Notes under the pieces: generated by a model
The model's input: the letters and a program-made list of their open reading frames with translations, nothing else
Told to the model about the DNA's origin: nothing
Database searches by the model: none
Made by a program: the position numbers and the translations under genes
In this document: positions 35,664-44,609 of the stretch, in pieces
How the letters are laid out: each line of letters starts with the position of its first letter
Numbering within the stretch: position 1 is the stretch's first letter
Virus record (IMG/VR): IMGVR_UViG_3300041402_000314
Coordinates: 124,001-188,000 of that record
Direction: 5' to 3' (one strand)
Length of the DNA stretch: 64,000 nt

Positions 35664-37304
35664 ATGCCACAATTACTTTCACCCGATGTAAACATAGTCG
35701 AAAGAGATTTAAGTGCTTTTGTTGCGTCTGTAGCTACCAGTATAGCAGTATATGTAGGTAGGGCTACTAAAGGACCAGTATGGGAAAAGACACAGGTTTC
35801 CAATGAAAGACAGTTTGCAGAACTATTCGGTGAGCCGACATCAACTGATTATGAGGATTTTTTTACCGCTGCTGGATTCCTTCAGTATGGTAACACCTTG
35901 TATTACACAAGAGTCGTTGATACCGCAACTGCTAAAAACTCACAATTAAACGTAAGCACTGGTGCTGCTCCTTCTGCTGGAGATGGTGATTATGTTGCTG
36001 ATTGGGAAGAATATACGCCCTCATTCGGTGCTGAGAAAATGCAAGTGTACGCTAAGTATCCGGGAGCTTACGGTGACACTGATTTCAAAGTAGCAATGAT
36101 CAGTAATACAGATTGGGCTACTATAGGTACATCACCTACTCTCTCTGGTTATGAGTCTGTCATCGATCAAGGTCCAGAGCTTGCTACAGAATTCCTTGTT
36201 ATCGTATCTGCTCTACAGTCAGATGGAGAATATGAAATCCTCGAAACTTACCTTGTTTCTGATACCGAAGGAACTAAGGACTTCGAAGGCAATAACATGT
36301 ATGTCGATGAGGTCATTAATAAAGGCTCAAACTACATACTAGTATTCAATAATACTGGCGTGTCCGCTGAACTACAGTCGTTTGCTGAGACTGCTCCTGC
36401 TAATGGTGCGGACGGTGATATAAATGAAGCCGATATCGTACTAGGATATGATCTTTATGATAACCCTGAAGAAATCGAAATCAACTATGTGATAGGTGGT
36501 AGTCATACTACTGTTGCAACTGCAAATGCTATTCTTGCGCTATGTGTTGCAAGAGCAGACTGTTTTGCGATTCTCGATGTTCCTAAATCTGATGTTGTAG
36601 GTATTGCTAGTATTTCAACCGCTGTAAGTAATGTAGTAGACTATAGAAAGACGGAACTTAATGCTAATACTTCTTACGGTGCGCTATATGCTAACTGGCT
36701 TTATATCTATGATAAATATAACGATACAAACAGATGGGTTCCGAGTGGTGGTCATGTAGCTGGTATCTATGCCCATACTGCTAATGTAGAGGATGCATGG
36801 TTCGCTCCTGCTGGACTTAATAGAGGTATTTTGAGTAACGTTATTAAGCTGGCTATGAATCCGGGTAAATCTTATAGAGATACGCTATATAAGAATCAAA
36901 TCAATCCATTGGTTAGTTTCCCCGGTCAAGGAATTAGTGTTTGGGGTCAAAAGACTCTCCAGACTAAACCTTCTGCATTCGATAGAGTTAATGTTAGATT
37001 ACTCTTTCTATACATGGAAAAAGCTATTGGTAGAAGTGCAAAATATGTTGTTTTCGAACAAAATGATCAGCTTACTAGAAGTATCTTTAAGAACCAGATT
37101 GAACCATTCCTTGATGATATCAAAGGCAGAAGAGGTATATATGACTTCTTAGTATTGGTAGATGAATCCGTTAATACGCCCGAAAGAGTGGACAGAAATG
37201 AGTTTCATTGTGAAATTTTCGTAAAACCAGTTAAGAGTGCAGAATTTATCGTACTTCGTTTCACTGCGACAAAAACTGGTGTAGACTTTAGTGAGTTAAC
37301 TTAA
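35664..37304 (+). CDS. gp18: Tail sheath protein, T4 gp18-like
   Basis: SPDVNIVERDLS, GP, WFAPAGLNRG, RD.LY...INP, WGQKT, FDR.NVR.LF, FE.ND..TR, IFVKP.KS.EFI.L.F. Confidence 0.95.
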   Translation: MPQLLSPDVNIVERDLSAFVASVATSIAVYVGRATKGPVWEKTQVSNERQFAELFGEPTSTDYEDFFTAAGFLQYGNTLYYTRVVDTATAKNSQLNVSTGAAPSAGDGDYVADWEEYTPSFGAEKMQVYAKYPGAYGDTDFKVAMISNTDWATIGTSPTLSGYESVIDQGPELATEFLVIVSALQSDGEYEILETYLVSDTEGTKDFEGNNMYVDEVINKGSNYILVFNNTGVSAELQSFAETAPANGADGDINEADIVLGYDLYDNPEEIEINYVIGGSHTTVATANAILALCVARADCFAILDVPKSDVVGIASISTAVSNVVDYRKTELNANTSYGALYANWLYIYDKYNDTNRWVPSGGHVAGIYAHTANVEDAWFAPAGLNRGILSNVIKLAMNPGKSYRDTLYKNQINPLVSFPGQGISVWGQKTLQTKPSAFDRVNVRLLFLYMEKAIGRSAKYVVFEQNDQLTRSIFKNQIEPFLDDIKGRRGIYDFLVLVDESVNTPERVDRNEFHCEIFVKPVKSAEFIVLRFTATKTGVDFSELT

Positions 37305-37319
37305 GATATAAATATTTAA

Positions 37320-37377
37320 GGAAGGACAGTGGGTAGCTCCCATTGATGATGTGTTTACTCCATATCATCTTACTTCC
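37320..37377 (+). ncRNA. Putative three-way-junction structured RNA, copy 2 (5' leader of nuclease gene)
   Basis: P1 GGAAG/CTTCC, GA, P2 CAGTGGG/CCCATTG with GCTCC, P3 ATGATGTG/CATATCAT, CTTA; starts 6 nt after TATAAATA 37307-37314. Confidence 0.55.
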
Positions 37378-37407
37378 ATACATAACTTAAATAATGGAGT
37401 AAACATT

Positions 37408-38388
37408 ATGAAAGAAAAAATAATTTGTCATATTTGCTATAAAGAATTTAATTCTATTCTTAGTTTATCGAGACACATCAAACCCGCTCACAGTATATCA
37501 AGTAAAGATTATTTTGATAAATTTATCAAAAAAGAGAAAAGTGGTTTATGCTCAGTATGTTCAAATCCTACTCGTTTTGTTAATTTCGGTATAGGATACA
37601 AAAAATATTGTTCAAATAGCTGTCATAACAGAGATAAGAAAGCTCTGACAGATATAAGAGATGCACTTATCTATGAAGAAAAAATAAAAACCGAAACGAT
37701 AGTTTTTGACTGTGAGATTTGCGGATATAAAATTTTTAATAACTATCATGGTATTGGTTCTCATCTAAAACATAAACATAACTTATCTATACAAGAATAT
37801 TATGATAAATATTATTTAGAAAATATATTAGATAAGAAATGTAACATTTGTGACCGAGAAACATCATTTCGCTCTTTAGAAGTTGGGTATACTAAATATT
37901 GCTCTATTTCTTGTAGTAACAAGGAAGAGGTTAACATATTAGCAAGAAAGAAAGGTATAAATAAGAAAGAAGTAAAGGAGAGACAGTCTCGTAATTTATC
38001 ACAGAGAATTTTAAATGGGACTTTTAATCCATTCGCTAAAAAATTTAAAACTGGATATTTTTATTCTGAGAAAAATCAGAAAGATTTGTATTACCGTTCA
38101 TCATATGAATTAAAAGCATATCAAATGTTGGAACAGATGTCTTTAGTTAACATATATGAAACTGAACCATTTAGAATACCTTATAAGGATATGAAAGGTG
38201 TAACTAGAAATTATATACCTGATATTTTGATTATCTATGAAGATGGTATGAGAGAATTGGTAGAAGTGAAACCAGAAAATTTATTAAAGGATGAAACCAT
38301 TCAAATAAAAACAGAATCTGCCAAACAGTATTGTAAAGCCAATAACATGTCCTTTAATATATGGACTGAAAAATTCCTAGAACTATAA
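37408..38388 (+). CDS. Free-standing putative homing endonuclease: repeated Zn fingers plus TnsA-like PD-(D/E)xK domain
   Basis: CxxC...HxxxxH and CxxC...YC repeats; YRSSYE...EPF.IPY....Y.PD.......LVEVKP; start revised to ATG 37408 after GGAG. Confidence 0.75.
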   Translation: MKEKIICHICYKEFNSILSLSRHIKPAHSISSKDYFDKFIKKEKSGLCSVCSNPTRFVNFGIGYKKYCSNSCHNRDKKALTDIRDALIYEEKIKTETIVFDCEICGYKIFNNYHGIGSHLKHKHNLSIQEYYDKYYLENILDKKCNICDRETSFRSLEVGYTKYCSISCSNKEEVNILARKKGINKKEVKERQSRNLSQRILNGTFNPFAKKFKTGYFYSEKNQKDLYYRSSYELKAYQMLEQMSLVNIYETEPFRIPYKDMKGVTRNYIPDILIIYEDGMRELVEVKPENLLKDETIQIKTESAKQYCKANNMSFNIWTEKFLEL

Positions 38389-38391
38389 ATA
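38384..38391 (+). promoter_or_regulatory. T4-type late promoter
   Basis: TATAAATA. Confidence 0.65.
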
Positions 38392-38406
38392 ATTAAAAAG
38401 GATAAT

Positions 38407-38661
38407 ATGAGTACCATAGATAAGATAGATAGTCTATTAGAAGCGAAGAAACCTCTAAAAGGAAAAGTGGTGGACTTAGCTAAAAAATTCAAGAAAGGTG
38501 ATATTGTCAAAAGGAAAGATGGTAAGCCCTTTCTTGATACAGGAAGCCATGAATTAAATCCAGCATATCGACTAAAAGTACGTGATGTTGAAGAAGGTAA
38601 AATATGGATTGAATATTCAATCGGGTGGATTAACCCAGAAAAATTAATAAAAACCAAATAG
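38407..38661 (+). CDS. Isolated putative internal head protein
   Basis: Leader MSTIDKIDSLLE|A matches the 914-5299 array. Confidence 0.6.
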   Translation: MSTIDKIDSLLEAKKPLKGKVVDLAKKFKKGDIVKRKDGKPFLDTGSHELNPAYRLKVRDVEEGKIWIEYSIGWINPEKLIKTK

Positions 38662-38703
38662 AGTTAACATAAAAATATATAGATAAATAAGGAGAAATAA
38701 AAC

Positions 38704-39213
38704 ATGCCTTTCAATGTTTCAGAATTTAGAGCAAAAGTAAGGGATTTTGCTAGACAATACCTATTCGAGATGGAGATTCTTTTTCCACAACCAGTAGGTA
38801 AAGGCGAAATCGCTAACTGGACGGTAGAAGCGTCCGCAATACCCGGAAGAATCATCGAGCCAATTGATGTTCCTTTCATGGGACAGCAATATAAAATAGC
38901 TGGAATGGTGTCATATGACCCTTGGAATATAACCTTTAGAATGGATGATGGCTATGAAGTATATAAGCTTTTCAGAGCATGGTCTGAGTTAGTTCATGGT
39001 ACTGAGTCTAATATCGCTGCGTTCCCTGCACAATACAAGTCTAACCCGATTGTATACCAATTGGATTCTGCTGGAAATAGACTGAATGCAATCACTCTTA
39101 ACGGTGCGTGGCCTTCAACTGTTAGTGAAATCGCCATTACTCAAGGTGATTCTGCTGTACAGACATTTGATGTAACATTCGATTATGACTTCAGTAAATT
39201 TGAAGTCCTTTAA
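38704..39213 (+). CDS. gp19: Tail tube protein, T4 gp19-like
   Basis: FRA....ARQYLFE, A.IPG......VPF.G...K.AG...YDPW.ITF..D, F..WS, AWP..VSEI, TF.VTF.YD. Confidence 0.92.
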   Translation: MPFNVSEFRAKVRDFARQYLFEMEILFPQPVGKGEIANWTVEASAIPGRIIEPIDVPFMGQQYKIAGMVSYDPWNITFRMDDGYEVYKLFRAWSELVHGTESNIAAFPAQYKSNPIVYQLDSAGNRLNAITLNGAWPSTVSEIAITQGDSAVQTFDVTFDYDFSKFEVL

Positions 39214-39229
39214 TATCAACTAATAATTA

Positions 39230-39261
39230 CCTGTGAGGGTAGGCAATCTTACCCTCACAGG
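39230..39261. other. Strong hairpin after tail tube gene (terminator or processing site)
   Basis: Perfect 12-bp inverted repeat CCTGTGAGGGTA/TACCCTCACAGG; no U tract on + strand. Confidence 0.55.
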
Positions 39262-39327
39262 AATATTCTCTTCCCCCCATTACTTCCAGCTACACCCTCT
39301 GACGTAAATCTCTGCGTCCACTACCTA

Positions 39328-39353
39328 TATAAATAATTGAAAAACTATAAATA
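39328..39353 (+). promoter_or_regulatory. Tandem T4-type late promoters
   Basis: TATAAATA at 39328-39335 and 39346-39353. Confidence 0.65.
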
Positions 39354-39374
39354 CTTAAAATGGGAGAACTGTAA

Positions 39375-40130
39375 ATGAGTAAACTTGATGATGTGTTAAA
39401 TCATATGGAGGAAACCACCTATTCTTTTAATGTACCGCTACTTAGTAACAAGAAAGAAAAGGTAGAGTTTAGACCTCTTAAAACTAAAGATCAGAAATTA
39501 TTGGCGGTAGAAGGTGCTGATGGAACGAGTAAATTTGATAATTTCACAATAATGCTCAAACTTCTCGATAGCTGTCTCCGTAAAAACAAAACATCTCTAG
39601 GTAGTATGCTACTGGAAGATTTTTATTGGTTGATTATAAATCTAAGAATAAAGTCTTTGGGTAACACACTGGAATTATATGGTACTTGCGAACAATGTAA
39701 TACTAATAAAATTCCTTTCGTATTAGATTTGGAAAAGGATATGGAGATAACTTATTTAGACGGTATCAAGAATAACGAATTAAAAATATCCGATAAATTA
39801 ACTTTATTCCTTAAGCACATATGCCTTGAAGACATGTTAGAAATTCTTAAAAGAGAAGAAGATACTGATGGCGGTGGTATGGAATTATCACTGGCTTACA
39901 TGATTGATTATATAGAATTTAATGAAGAGATAATCGATGTAGATAATACCGATAGTAGAATAGCATTGATGGATGAATTATCTGCTGATCAATTAAAGTA
40001 TTTTAAAACATTCCTCGAAGAAAATGCTTTTGGTATGAAAGTAAAAAAGAGTTTCAAATGTACTAATGAAAAATGTGGAGAGGAAACTAAAGTAGAATTA
40101 GAAGGTTTTGATATAATTGATTTTTTTTAA
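39375..40130 (+). CDS. gp26: Baseplate hub assembly protein, gp26-like
   Basis: FRP.K.KD.K.L, LRIKSLG...EL...C..C, C-terminal C....CG...LEG...DFF. Confidence 0.8.
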   Translation: MSKLDDVLNHMEETTYSFNVPLLSNKKEKVEFRPLKTKDQKLLAVEGADGTSKFDNFTIMLKLLDSCLRKNKTSLGSMLLEDFYWLIINLRIKSLGNTLELYGTCEQCNTNKIPFVLDLEKDMEITYLDGIKNNELKISDKLTLFLKHICLEDMLEILKREEDTDGGGMELSLAYMIDYIEFNEEIIDVDNTDSRIALMDELSADQLKYFKTFLEENAFGMKVKKSFKCTNEKCGEETKVELEGFDIIDFF

Positions 40131-40309
40131 TAACTGTTCAAGGCGAAGTGACATTTGAAGACCTCTTATATGAAATACACTATCTAAGTACCCATTGTAA
40201 TATGGATTCGAGGTATGTAGAGAATCTACCTATATTCGAAAGAGAATTCCATATACACACACTAATAGCTAGATTAAAGAAGGAAGCTGATGCCAACGAA
40301 GGAAAGTAA
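40121..40309 (+). CDS. gp51: gp51-like hub assembly ORF in the -1 frame (frameshift product or GTG 40148 start)
   Basis: FFLITVQGEVTFEDLLYEIHYLSTHCNMDSRYVENLPIFERE...; LP.FER resembles gp51; not in ORF track. Confidence 0.6.
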   Translation, partial: FFLITVQGEVTFEDLLYEIHYLSTHCNMDSRYVENLPIFEREFHIHTLIARLKKEADANEGK

Positions 40310-41945
40310 AGAAATAGGGAAAGAAATTAAGAATGCCTTTAAAGTGCCGTCTGAAGAGATGGTTAAAGTCATTACTGAAATCAATAGGACTACAGAGAAT
40401 AAAATTGCCGATCTATCGAAATCGCAAAAAACGTTCTTAAAGGGTTTTGTTGAAAAAGAATCTCCTCTATTAGACAAAACATTCAAATTCTTCAAAGAAG
40501 GTAAGAAGCGAGAAAAAATAAAGGCGATTCTACAGGCTAAGACTATGGGACCAGTAATGGTGAAAGGTCTTTCTCTCGGTCTACTTAAATTCGGAATTGG
40601 TGGTGCTTTAGGCGCAGCTAAAATATTTGACGTAACTGAAAAATATCAGGATTATGTTAAAGATGCGGATGCCGAGAAAAAACAAGAAATGGTTAACCTT
40701 GTCGATGAATTGAGAAGTGGTGAAAATCCTAAGACTATGGAAGAGATCGAAAAGACCTTGAAGAAGCAAGGTGTTAAGGGCTTCGAGTTAACTGCTATCA
40801 TGAAGGATTATTCTAAGATACTCGATGATCGCATGAGGGAAGTAGTTACTCAGGGTCTTGAATCTAAAAAAGAAACAAATTCGATTCTTTCCGAACTAGT
40901 AGAAAAAGGCGTTATAAGTAAAGGAGATTTAAAAGCTCAAGAAGATGTTAAGCTAAAAGTTCAAAAGGCTAAGAAGAAACAAATACCTGCTACTAAAGTA
41001 GAACAGAAGACTTCCGATACTCTCCAGAAATTAACCAATGTAACTGGTGTTGTTGGTGACGAGAATAAAGAAAAATTAGTCGAGATAGCTCAAGCCATAG
41101 ATAAGAATCGTTATGAGATTGTTAATGTACAGGAATATCTTAATTTGATGGTCGATACTCAAAAAGATAGTAATAAAGTAGCTATCGAGAGAGCGACCAT
41201 TGACGATAAGAGATTAAATCTCGAAAAGCAAGTAGAACAGAATGATCAACTAAGACATCTCGAACTTATGAAAGCTGGTGAAGATGGTGGAGATGGTAAG
41301 GGTGGTCTATTTGAAGGCTTCAAGGGATTTAAAACAGCCTTATCAAGTGCTATTCCTCTTATAAAGGGTTTGGGTACTGCTGGTCTAGTTGCTGGTGCTG
41401 CATTTGCTGGATTTAAAATTGGTGGGGAAATCAATAAAGGTATTAATAGTATGGTCTCTTTCCTAACTGGTAAAGAAGGTGATACATTTGGTGGATGGTT
41501 ATATGATATAACTCATCCTAGCGAAGATAGAGTTGAAGTAGAAGCAAAAGCTGGAAAAAAGACTACTGGTGTTATAGCTGAAATGAATGAACTTAGAAAG
41601 ACATTTGGTTCTGGGTTTCAGAGAAAATTAAAGGCTCGTGGATATACAGGACCGATGACTCGCAAATCAGTTACCGAGTTCTTTGAATCTCAAAAGAAAC
41701 CTTCCCTTCAGAAAGAAGTGGAGAAAGCTGAAGCAACAAAGATTAAAATGGAAAAGGAACGCAAACAAAAGGAAATGGCTATATTTGAGAGAATGTCAGA
41801 TGAAGATGCCATTAGTGCAATAACAGCAAAAGCATTGGCTGAGATGAATATTAATGTGGGCGGTGGCGTTAGTAAATTGGATAAGATACCTTCCAATTCT
41901 GATGATCTACCACTAGCATATGCAGCTAAAGGAGGAACTTCTTAA
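40290..41945 (+). CDS. Probable tape measure / hub protein (gp29-like position)
   Basis: 551 aa coiled-coil, Gly/Ala hydrophobic stretch GLGTAGLVAGAAFAG; between gp51 and gp48. Confidence 0.65.
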   Translation: MPTKESKEIGKEIKNAFKVPSEEMVKVITEINRTTENKIADLSKSQKTFLKGFVEKESPLLDKTFKFFKEGKKREKIKAILQAKTMGPVMVKGLSLGLLKFGIGGALGAAKIFDVTEKYQDYVKDADAEKKQEMVNLVDELRSGENPKTMEEIEKTLKKQGVKGFELTAIMKDYSKILDDRMREVVTQGLESKKETNSILSELVEKGVISKGDLKAQEDVKLKVQKAKKKQIPATKVEQKTSDTLQKLTNVTGVVGDENKEKLVEIAQAIDKNRYEIVNVQEYLNLMVDTQKDSNKVAIERATIDDKRLNLEKQVEQNDQLRHLELMKAGEDGGDGKGGLFEGFKGFKTALSSAIPLIKGLGTAGLVAGAAFAGFKIGGEINKGINSMVSFLTGKEGDTFGGWLYDITHPSEDRVEVEAKAGKKTTGVIAEMNELRKTFGSGFQRKLKARGYTGPMTRKSVTEFFESQKKPSLQKEVEKAEATKIKMEKERKQKEMAIFERMSDEDAISAITAKALAEMNINVGGGVSKLDKIPSNSDDLPLAYAAKGGTS

Positions 41946-43003
41946 TGGCAACAGCGAATAATCCTAATGAAAATAGAATAGCTACAGTTCCTAGAAATTG
42001 GAAAACCATGTTCGGAAACAAGAACGATGGTGACATTAATAATATGTTTCTGGTTATTGAAGCATGGTCCCCGCCGTCAATTAAGGTTCTCACTACCGAT
42101 CTGACTAATATATATAATTATGCGTCCTCAGAGTTCCTAGAAGGCTTTAGATTCTTTTATCCGAGGGATAACATACAAGAACAGATTAAACACTCCTATA
42201 GCGAATCCTCGTCCACCTACAGCGAAGCTATAGCTGGATTCAGAGGCGGACTTACTAAAAATCTTACTGCGGTAGTAGAAGCTAGTACAGGTGCAACAGG
42301 CGGAGCATTAACTGAAGAACCTCATATTTTTACTAAATCAGAAAGAAGATCATTCTCTATTAATATACCACTAATAGCTTATGATGATTTGGAAAAGGAT
42401 ATATATGCGATAACTAAGTTTTTTAGAAAAAATTCTTATCCGAGAAGATCAAATGATTCTGGGGGAAAAGCTCTTCTTAATACAATTCAATATCCTAGCG
42501 TATTTAAAATAAGAGGTGGTTTGTTCGATACAAACCAACCCGCGAAAGGTAGCACATTTGTATTAGAAGATTGTACGTTCGACTATAATCCAAATGTCAA
42601 GTCATTTATAAAAGGATTACCAACAGAAGTTGTTTTAACATTAGGCTTTACTGAGTTGAATCTTTTATTTGGTGAAGATTTTGACGCTACTCCAGTGAAT
42701 GTAAATATTGGAGAATCTGGTGGTGCATCTACACTACCATCCAAGAACAAATTCAATGAAGGGGCGATTGGTATGAGAGGGGAAACTGCTCTTATAACTG
42801 ATGTTAGTGAATATCTCAGAAAGTCTAAATTAGCTAAGAGAATTACTAATTTACCAGAAACAATAGAAGGTAAATTAAAGGACGAGGCAAGAAGTATAGT
42901 TCAAGAAAGTTCGTTGTATAAAAAAGTTACGGCACTGACTGATAATGACCCTGTACATCTTGCCGAAGTAAAGGCAATATTGGGTAAGATAAGAGGATTA
43001 TAA
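41945..43003 (+). CDS. gp48: Baseplate tail-tube cap, gp48-like
   Basis: F..SERRSFS...,YP..F.I, VLE.....YNP, G.P....L.L.F.E. Confidence 0.7.
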   Translation: MATANNPNENRIATVPRNWKTMFGNKNDGDINNMFLVIEAWSPPSIKVLTTDLTNIYNYASSEFLEGFRFFYPRDNIQEQIKHSYSESSSTYSEAIAGFRGGLTKNLTAVVEASTGATGGALTEEPHIFTKSERRSFSINIPLIAYDDLEKDIYAITKFFRKNSYPRRSNDSGGKALLNTIQYPSVFKIRGGLFDTNQPAKGSTFVLEDCTFDYNPNVKSFIKGLPTEVVLTLGFTELNLLFGEDFDATPVNVNIGESGGASTLPSKNKFNEGAIGMRGETALITDVSEYLRKSKLAKRITNLPETIEGKLKDEARSIVQESSLYKKVTALTDNDPVHLAEVKAILGKIRGL

Positions 43004-43004
43004 T

Positions 43005-43340
43005 ATGGCTAAAAAAATAAGAAGCGGTACAAAGTCAATTATAAATATTTTAGGGTATACGGAATATAACGGCGAGACCATTACTAATATATTCCAAAAA
43101 TTTAGCATCAAGCAAAGTAATTTACTTAACGTTAACTTCTATGATGAATATATCGTACAAAGTAGCGATAGATGGGACAGTATTTCATATAAGTTTTACA
43201 ATACTACAACTCTTTGGTGGATGATAGCTAATTATAATGGAATATTTGACCCTTTCGAAGAATTGGTAGTAGGTGAAAAAATTAAAATAGTTAAACCAGA
43301 ATTGGTATCAAGTCTAATTCTAGGATTGAGAAATAGATAA
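43005..43340 (+). CDS. gp53: Baseplate wedge protein, gp53-like (LysM-type)
   Basis: EY.VQ..DRWD.ISY.FY....LWW.I...N.I.DP. Confidence 0.8.
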   Translation: MAKKIRSGTKSIINILGYTEYNGETITNIFQKFSIKQSNLLNVNFYDEYIVQSSDRWDSISYKFYNTTTLWWMIANYNGIFDPFEELVVGEKIKIVKPELVSSLILGLRNR

Positions 43341-43342
43341 AA

Positions 43343-44587
43343 ATGGCAGAACATAAAATAACATATAAATTAAAGGGCATTAAACCGCCTTATGTTGGTG
43401 GAGAAATAGAAATTAATCCAACTGCGGTTGTTCAATTTTACTTCATAGAAAGTATAGAAAACATGTTTCTAACTGGTAAGATAGAAATAGAAGATATTGG
43501 AGGTCTCTTAGAAAAACTCCCATTGACAGGAGAAGAAACACTAGAAGTTATTATAGAGCAAGACTTAAAAGGCGATACCGAAATAATTTCTCTAAAGACA
43601 CTGGAATTTGAATTCTATAATATTGAATTGGGAATTACTGATAGAATTAAAACAACTAAGTATATATGTCATCTAGTGGAAAAAGGTTTTTTTGATTTTG
43701 TTAATAAGAGTTATAGTAAGTCGTATAAAGAGAAACACGTAAGCGATATAGTTGAAGATATATGTAAAAATCAACTCGGTTTAGAAAGCGATCAATATGA
43801 TGTAGAAGATACTTCAGATAAAGTAAATTTTATAATTCCGTATTGGAAACCTCTTACTTCATTGAAATATTTTACGAGGATTGCAAGGAGAAAACAAAGC
43901 CCAACTGAAAGCGGTTATCTTTTTTACTCTACTACAGGCGATGAGGATACTGAGAATCCTATCAAAAAATTCGTTTCTTTCGCTACTCTATTAGAAGTAA
44001 AACCAGATACAAGTGCAGAAAAAAAATATTACTTTAAGAAGAATAGTATCAATCCTAATTTTATCAATAACTTTCAAGATGTTAAAAATCCTAATTTTAA
44101 GAATAGAAAGATACTGAAAGATGGTGTTTCTGGAAAGAAATATTACGGTGTGGATTTTGTAACTGATAAGACACTCTATACCGTTGAAAAGAAATATAGT
44201 GAATTTGTAGCCAGTGCTAAAATGTCTGGGAATGTATCATATCTTTCTATTGGATTAGATGACGTGGATAGCGAAGTAGAATTTATGGGCTATCCAGATA
44301 GAAAATTAATAGAGGCACGACAAGATTTTAGATTTAGAATGTCTTTAGAGAGCTTTAATAAAAGAGAAGTTCTTGTTGATGGAGCATTGAATAGAAATTG
44401 CGGAAAGACCATATATGTCGAACAGGCAACCGATAATCCAGATGAGCTACATAATGTCGAACATTCTGGTACATGGTTAATAAAAACTATTACTCATAGC
44501 TTCATGATAAAATCTTATGATCAGAAACTTGTAATATTAAAGGACGCTTACGAGTCCACTGAAGTAGAAGGTCATGATAGTGTATAA
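43343..44587 (+). CDS. Baseplate hub protein, gp27-like
   Basis: ESI...F.TG.I...D..GL.E.LP..GEE, F.IP.W.P, YLF; precedes gp5. Confidence 0.65.
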   Translation: MAEHKITYKLKGIKPPYVGGEIEINPTAVVQFYFIESIENMFLTGKIEIEDIGGLLEKLPLTGEETLEVIIEQDLKGDTEIISLKTLEFEFYNIELGITDRIKTTKYICHLVEKGFFDFVNKSYSKSYKEKHVSDIVEDICKNQLGLESDQYDVEDTSDKVNFIIPYWKPLTSLKYFTRIARRKQSPTESGYLFYSTTGDEDTENPIKKFVSFATLLEVKPDTSAEKKYYFKKNSINPNFINNFQDVKNPNFKNRKILKDGVSGKKYYGVDFVTDKTLYTVEKKYSEFVASAKMSGNVSYLSIGLDDVDSEVEFMGYPDRKLIEARQDFRFRMSLESFNKREVLVDGALNRNCGKTIYVEQATDNPDELHNVEHSGTWLIKTITHSFMIKSYDQKLVILKDAYESTEVEGHDSV

Positions 44588-44609
44588 ATATTCATAAGGA
44601 GAAAAAATA

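Noticed and set aside
27243-37304. Inteins or introns in terL or the sheath gene
   Set aside because: Both have ordinary lengths and continuous motifs with no splice-junction signatures.
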